Source of the DNA: Planctomycetia bacterium
GTDB taxonomy: Bacteria; Planctomycetota; Planctomycetia; Pirellulales; Thermoguttaceae
NCBI GenBank assembly: GCA_030537455.1
Contig: JAUNMR010000014.1
Coordinates: 4,650-68,649 of the forward strand
Direction: 5' to 3'
Length of the DNA: 64,000 nucleotides
Below are positions 61,101 through 64,000 of this stretch, piece after piece; the first letter of the stretch is position 1, and each line of letters starts with the position of its first letter. The position numbers were made by a program, and so were the translations under genes. The notes under the pieces are model-generated. The model had not been told where the DNA came from. It ran no database searches and worked only from the letters and a program-made list of their open reading frames with translations.

Positions 61101-63819
61101 CGCTCGGCGCAACGGTCGTATCAAGTGTAATCGAATCCGACGCGGCTGTGCCAACGGCGTTCACCGCCACGACGCGGTAGGTATAGCTCGAGAAATCGGA
61201 CAGACCAGAGACCTGATAATAGGTATTGGTCGTGCGCGTAACAACGGTCCACTCGCCGGAGACATACTGCTCGACGTTATAGGAGGCGGCGTTATCGACG
61301 GCGTCCCAGGAGAGGGTCGAGGAATGATTCGCGTATGCCGTAAAGGCGAGGTTTGTGGGCGCCACGGGCGCCACGAGCGTATCGAGCGTCACCGTAGTTA
61401 CGGAAGAGACGCCATAGGCGTTAAAGGCCGCGACGCCAAAACGATAGCTCGAGTTGTCTTCCAGAGAAACGACGGTAGCCAAGTCTGCGTAGGACGTTGC
61501 GGCGCCGTCGAGGGTCGCCAGGAGCGTGGAGGACGAATCGATGAGATAGACGTAGTAACCGTCGACGTCAGAGGAAGCGGTCCAGGAGAGAACCGGTTGT
61601 TTATCGGAGGCGTTGTAATCGGAGACGGTTAGATTCGTCGGAGCGGTTGGCGCGCTCCCTTGGTATTCGTAGGCGCCCGCGTCGACGGTGGAGGAGAAGC
61701 GGTTTGCGCCGCTGAGGTCAACGGTCAACTGTTCACCGTAGACGTCCAACGCCAGCTCGTCGCTACCGATATTAAGCGCCTCGGAACCGGTCGCGAGGGC
61801 ATAATTACCCGCGGAGGCGTTCGCAAAGAGCGCGCCGCCGGCATAGGTCGTCGCGCTCGACCATGCGGAGGAGTTCACCAAGCTGTAGATCACGCGCGCG
61901 CCGCTGGTCGCCGGAGCGAGTTCGCCGTTCACGACAATCGAGTTGCCGATATTAACGGAGGTCGCAGAAGAGCCGTTGTAATAGATTGCCGCGCCGGAGG
62001 CTACGTTTTCCGCGACCGTGGTATTGATCAGGTAAGCAGAGCCGCCGTCCTCGACGTAAACCACGCCATTGTCGCCGGCGGTATTTTCAACAATCAAGGA
62101 GTTAGAGATTATCAGGGTAGGAGCGCTCGTGGTCGCCGCAGAGAAATCGGCGTCGGCGACAGCGCTGGACAGACCGGTCGTAATAGGCTCGCCGGGCTTA
62201 GAGGAGAGCGGTTCAGTGGAGTTGGAAATACTGCTGACAAAGAGCGTTTGCGACGGATCGACGTTTAAGTGATTGCGCAAACCGTCTTTGGAGACGGGGG
62301 CGCCGGTGTAGAATCGCGTAATGGTCGGGTTGGTGAAGTCGGTACTGAGCTGACTAATCGTAGCGCTGACAGGTTTCGACGGATCGGTCGGCGTAATTTT
62401 AACCACATCGGCCAAGAGACCTTCGCCGTAACCGTAGTTAATACCGGCGGTATAGGCGATCATGAATCGATAGTCGCCGTTGCCAAGGTCTCTGAAGGAG
62501 TAACCGTCGCGAACGAAGGAACCGACGCCATACGTTTCCGAAACGGTGGCGTTATCGAGGTGAAGAATATATTGCAAACCGATCGTCGTGTAATCGCCGG
62601 CGTTCCAAACGTTTTCTTCCAGACCGTCGATATCGTCGTCGCGATACCAGACCTGTACGAAGGTATCCTGATTGAGATCAACGACTTCGAAGTCGGGAAT
62701 ACCGTCAAGATCAGCGTACCCCATGAGCACGTTCACGCGACCAACACGCACGTACTGCGCGTACTCGTCTTCCACGTCGTCGAGCGACATATTGGACAAT
62801 TTCGCCGCGAAGGTCGTGGAGGTTTGTTCTCTGAGACTCACGCTAAAGGACGTCGAGGCGCTTTCGGTTCCATTGGACGCGGTCACAGTGACAGTAAGCG
62901 CGGAGTAGTCGTCTTCGGCGTAGTAGTCGTCGTCGCCAATAAAGGTAAAGGAGAGTACGCCGTTGGAGTCGAGGGTCGGATCGGCGGCGAGAATAACGCT
63001 GGTCGACTCGGCAATAGAGTAACTATAGTTCCAGTCGCCGTTGCTGTATTCGGACAGATCGACCGAGACGGTCGTGCCCTTGCCGCCAACGAGATCGGGA
63101 ATCGTGGACCATTCGGGCGCGTCGATTTCCGGCCAGGAGAAATCGCCTTCGAAGATCGCCGCGCCGTCGCCCACGGTCACATTGCCGCGGATAATCGAAT
63201 CTTGGACGTAAAGCTCGCCCTTATTCGCAATTGCGCCGCCGGAAACTGTCGCTTCGTTGCCGGTAAGTTCCACGTCGACGAGCGTGAGCGTACCGCCGTT
63301 GGCGATCGCCCCGCCGTAGTCCGCGAGACCGTTGGTAATATTGATCGATTCGAGCGTGACGTCGCCGTTTTTGATGGTAAAGACGCGAGCGAGACTCTGA
63401 GCGTCGATATTAAGCTCCCCGTCCACGGAGATAATCGTCAGAGCGCCATAAGAGGAGGAATCGATATCTATCACGATTTCGTCGTTGGCGGAGCTGAAAT
63501 CAAGATAGCCGCCGGAGATTTCGATCACGTCGTCTGACGTAGAGCGCGCCGCCTCTTGAATCGCAAGCTTGATCGCGTCGATCGACAGGTCGCTGGAGCC
63601 GATCGAAATGATATTCGCGCTCGCGGCGTCATAGGTAGCCGCGGAAGCGAGGAGTCCGTCCGCAGACAACAGTTGACGTTCTTCGAGAGACTCCGCGCGA
63701 AGGCGACGCGGTTTCAGTGGAGAACGTTCGCGTCCAGCACGCGCCTTCTTCGCACTATTGGCACGATTGCTGGCGCGTTGAACTGTGAGATTAAAGAAGT
63801 GCAAAAAACCAGACGACAT
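55135..63819 (-). CDS. Giant surface protein (~2900 aa): N-terminal beta-helix modules plus about 23 fibronectin type III domains
   Basis: One uninterrupted 8.7-kb ORF. The ATG at 63819 has an AAGGAG Shine-Dalgarno 6 nt upstream, and the track start is at 63834. The N-terminus is basic and followed by AESLEERQLLSA. GGAIANGG/GGAIANKG beta-helix repeats are present. A second beta-helix ends in DAGAYEY. FN3 domains follow, with APxAPTNL starts and Y.(Y/F)(R)V.A.N..G cores. Confidence 0.9.
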   Translation of the reverse strand: MSSGFLHFFNLTVQRASNRANSAKKARAGRERSPLKPRRLRAESLEERQLLSADGLLASAATYDAASANIISIGSSDLSIDAIKLAIQEAARSTSDDVIEISGGYLDFSSANDEIVIDIDSSSYGALTIISVDGELNIDAQSLARVFTIKNGDVTLESINITNGLADYGGAIANGGTLTLVDVELTGNEATVSGGAIANKGELYVQDSIIRGNVTVGDGAAIFEGDFSWPEIDAPEWSTIPDLVGGKGTTVSVDLSEYSNGDWNYSYSIAESTSVILAADPTLDSNGVLSFTFIGDDDYYAEDDYSALTVTVTASNGTESASTSFSVSLREQTSTTFAAKLSNMSLDDVEDEYAQYVRVGRVNVLMGYADLDGIPDFEVVDLNQDTFVQVWYRDDDIDGLEENVWNAGDYTTIGLQYILHLDNATVSETYGVGSFVRDGYSFRDLGNGDYRFMIAYTAGINYGYGEGLLADVVKITPTDPSKPVSATISQLSTDFTNPTITRFYTGAPVSKDGLRNHLNVDPSQTLFVSSISNSTEPLSSKPGEPITTGLSSAVADADFSAATTSAPTLIISNSLIVENTAGDNGVVYVEDGGSAYLINTTVAENVASGAAIYYNGSSATSVNIGNSIVVNGELAPATSGARVIYSLVNSSAWSSATTYAGGALFANASAGNYALATGSEALNIGSDELALDVYGEQLTVDLSGANRFSSTVDAGAYEYQGSAPTAPTNLTVSDYNASDKQPVLSWTASSDVDGYYVYLIDSSSTLLATLDGAATSYADLATVVSLEDNSSYRFGVAAFNAYGVSSVTTVTLDTLVAPVAPTNLAFTAYANHSSTLSWDAVDNAASYNVEQYVSGEWTVVTRTTNTYYQVSGLSDFSSYTYRVVAVNAVGTAASDSITLDTTVAPSAPTNLAWSASYDGSGSATLIWTAVENATGYSVRQKVDGEWVVLGSASDTAFTFSGLQDNTTYEFSVAAYAETDSDTLYSDYAEISLNTTVAPAAPTDLTWSSEYANGRATLSWSAVENATGYAVARYDNGSWTILRTTTSTSYTITGLSDNAEYVFGVAAYATRDGERLYSDYASIDLNTVVAPTAPTNVRFSDYDGGTSATLTWSAVTNATGYQIEQKTSDGWEVVDTTNATTYTATVEENSFYTYRVSAYTTVGDQTKYSSAVEASLDTLVAPTGELTLTVSDYNADAATATLAWNALETAGYYIVEQQVGSGAWTVLDNAATDTSYALTGLTPNTTYTFRVSAGNAAGVGSQGETTYFTAAAPEAPALSYRYDKDANTATLSYSSEYATSYSVYQLQDSTWTLVYSGAETSYTAEDLVDNQEYSFRVTASNSYGTSSATEVTFTASAEPQAPTGLTIGDYADGAAELSWNAVDYASGYRVYLQTESGWTQVGSDLAANTTSYALSGLEDYSEYVYTVVAFNDEGVSDYATPVTLDTTVAPDAPQNIALVDEYDGSGSTQITWDAVDHAEGYIVAVQVEGAWTQVGTATTTTVTIEGLENYQTYVVGVAAYATRGSQTLASDYATYDLSTAFVPTEELTLVVNAYDYTAGTTLLEWNDVAEATGYRVEQQVSSTTWQTVATTTDTEYALTLDPNSAYTYRVVAFNAKGDGSSASSTFFTSAPPAAPSDAAFGAYDAEAKEATLTWSAVEFATGYTLEVYDADSESWGVVSLEEETATSYTVSGMSDYTTYRYRVAAYNEIGSSQWVEASIYTSQAPQAPTDLAIEFFQGSLSANLSWSLSDGATGYYVYQADQDGAWQQIANLSSISNTYTIQNLELNTDYVFGVSAYNSDGESSIASIDLATTTAPATVSDLTVTTENYAGDGLITLSWTESQGAESYQIKLYADGVEGPYTIIGTTTDTTFDVTGLENYKDYVISVTAVNQAGASEEAFVEVSTMLAPSATLTLVASDYDFTTGSLTLSWNEVEYADGYRFEVLGSSGDWVVVAVTDSLGYVLSLEDNTTYNYRVVAFNSIGDGSSDEIEFFTAAPPAAPTDVTFGEYVSATGKATATWTAVPYATSYSIEQLVDSEWTTLVENYDDVSYTVSGLTDNATFTYRIWASNELGDSEKVEFSITTTTSEPPAAPSDFTVSSYDELTHKATMTWTDNATNETGFHVQYSYDQETWIDAAFLDANVTSRVANGLTPGRTYYFRLAAFNDIGYSDWVETSFDTPAEIPSAPSDVAFSEYDADAKEATMTWVDNSNNELGFKIQCSFDQTEWFSVETVGANVTSRVATGLVEGRTYYFRVASYNLYGVSDWATGQFTVPTSGTTAPAAPSNIVFSDYEATASGVEVTMSWTDNSDDEERFVVQFSYDNENWYGAGTTDADVTSRRATGLVEGRTYYFRVAAYNSAGYSDWATATYVVPYSTINAPSDIVFGEYSNGELPMSWTDNSEDETGFVVQYSYDGENWHGAGRTEANVTSRVATKMTPGRTYYFRVAAYNGSVYSDWATGVYTTPSGAPNAPGEIVFSDYANNTVKMSWTDASNDEIGFNVEYSIDGGDNWYTSGNTSADIAYRTATGLRPNVTYQFRVRSYNAFGRSGWTYGQFTVPAASDAPAAPTDFLFGDYDADARTLAMSWTDNATNETGYKVQYSVDGGETWYAAGNYGANVTSRVATSVSASRTYLFRVAAYNASGASDWLVSDAYEVSSSSNIPSAPTDLVFSDYDAQSNTVVMSWTDTSSNEKGFKVEYSVNDGETWNDSAYLQADATSRVASGLVAGRVYYFRVAAFNNYGYSDWLVDSYSVVSTENIEDPTITGYAYSSKKRQITVAWNDVATSYAAQYRQAETTDWYTLSTSGNSATLNNAIYGLTYEFRVQAISEDNTASNWVYGSYNTATGESTAIFDELFDGDELEESLDSLALNLVDSQSVAKDSVSKDVFRKVFEDLF
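55300..57570 (-). repeat. Tandem array of 8 FN3-coding units (class B), period about 275-295 bp
   Basis: The recurring protein core is MSWTDN..NE.GF.VQYS.D...W......ANVTSRVATGL..GRTYYFRVAAYN..G.SDW. The DNA hallmark gcggaagta(a/g)ta recurs near 55625, 55917, 56208, 56488, 56763, 57058 and 57343. Boundaries are approximate. Confidence 0.8.
57570..61650 (-). repeat. Tandem array of about 15 FN3-coding units (class A), period about 270-285 bp
   Basis: The recurring pattern is AP.AP(T/S)(N/D)L......Y.......L.W.AV..A.GY.V(E)Q......W........T.Y...GL......Y.Y.V.A.N..G. Boundaries are approximate. Confidence 0.8.
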
Positions 63820-64000
63820 TCCATTCTCCTTCATTTTGACTTACTACGACGCCGCGCGATACTTTAACGCGCGCTCGTGCGCTTGTCACTAAGCGCAAAA
63901 GACAAATTGAATTTCAATATGTCCAATCTTATTCAAGTTTCGTCACGCTCATGGAATCTAGCAGACGTGACCAACGCCGTCGTCGCGTCTGCCTGTATGA

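Noticed and set aside
55684-63537. A series of very long plus-strand ORFs (875, 376, 313, 233, 202 and 422 aa) opposite the giant FN3 gene.
   Set aside because: They are antisense to a single uninterrupted 8.7-kb ORF with clear domain structure. Their products are Arg/Gly/Val-rich low-complexity strings with no motifs. Such stop-free antisense frames are expected from the repetitive, biased codon content of the FN3 array.
1-64000. A search by eye for tRNA/rRNA genes, CRISPR arrays, IS elements, integrases, toxin-antitoxin pairs and known defence genes.
   Set aside because: I found no T-loop/acceptor-type sequences in intergenic regions, no regularly spaced direct repeats outside the FN3 and SFNF coding repeats, and no transposase, integrase or nuclease motifs. 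Absence by eye is not proof, and tRNAscan, Rfam and defence-system HMM scans should confirm it.

Overview
A 64-kb chromosomal window at roughly 50% GC (estimated by eye) with about 45 credible protein-coding genes. I saw no rRNA, tRNA, CRISPR array, transposase, integrase or phage genes. The gene content suggests a Planctomycetota-like organism, but this is inference only. The basis is many prepilin-type N-termini, giant beta-helix/FN3 proteins that open with a basic stretch plus an E-x-L-E-x-R-x-L-L motif, a Tat-signal xylose-isomerase-like TIM-barrel protein, an FHA-GAF-PP2C protein and a long NagB-LmbE fusion.

Layout:
- 1-11.7 kb (minus strand): a type IV filament / T2SS-like operon with three tandem secretion ATPases (PilB/GspE-type, PilT, second GspE-type), one GspF/PilC platform and five oversized pseudopilins.
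- 12.2-13.3 kb: pheA.
- 13.7-18.5 kb: a four-gene minus-strand operon (566-aa orphan, YdjY-like secreted protein, PDZ-less trypsin-like protease, secreted orphan). An 890-bp AT-rich gap separates it from a divergent HTH-receiver gene.
- 20.4-31.1 kb: dtd, a 1154-aa GGAIY-repeat/PKD surface protein, a glycosidase-like protein, a lipoprotein, a SpoU methyltransferase, a soluble histidine kinase and a GH43-like gene.
- 31.3-32.5 kb: an orphan secretin-like gene.
- 32.8-35.6 kb: the carboxy(nor)spermidine dehydrogenase / decarboxylase pair.
- 36-50 kb: housekeeping genes (rsgA, accD, rpe, MFS transporter, rnd, HIT, M42 peptidase, truA) plus a CpaB-like protein and the FHA-GAF-PP2C phosphatase.
- 50.1-52.6 kb: an 841-aa lipoprotein with SFNF repeats, a ~430-aa Ala-rich coiled coil and a C-terminal cytochrome c'-like tail carrying CX3CH.
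- 53.0-54.9 kb: the NagB-LmbE fusion.
- 55.1-63.8 kb: a ~2900-aa protein with about 23 FN3 domains.

Every convergent gene junction carries an A-tract/T-tract hairpin terminator. Two similar terminators have no gene to terminate, which defines one candidate sRNA and one candidate cis-regulatory leader.

All family calls come from motif recognition by eye. No database search was possible.
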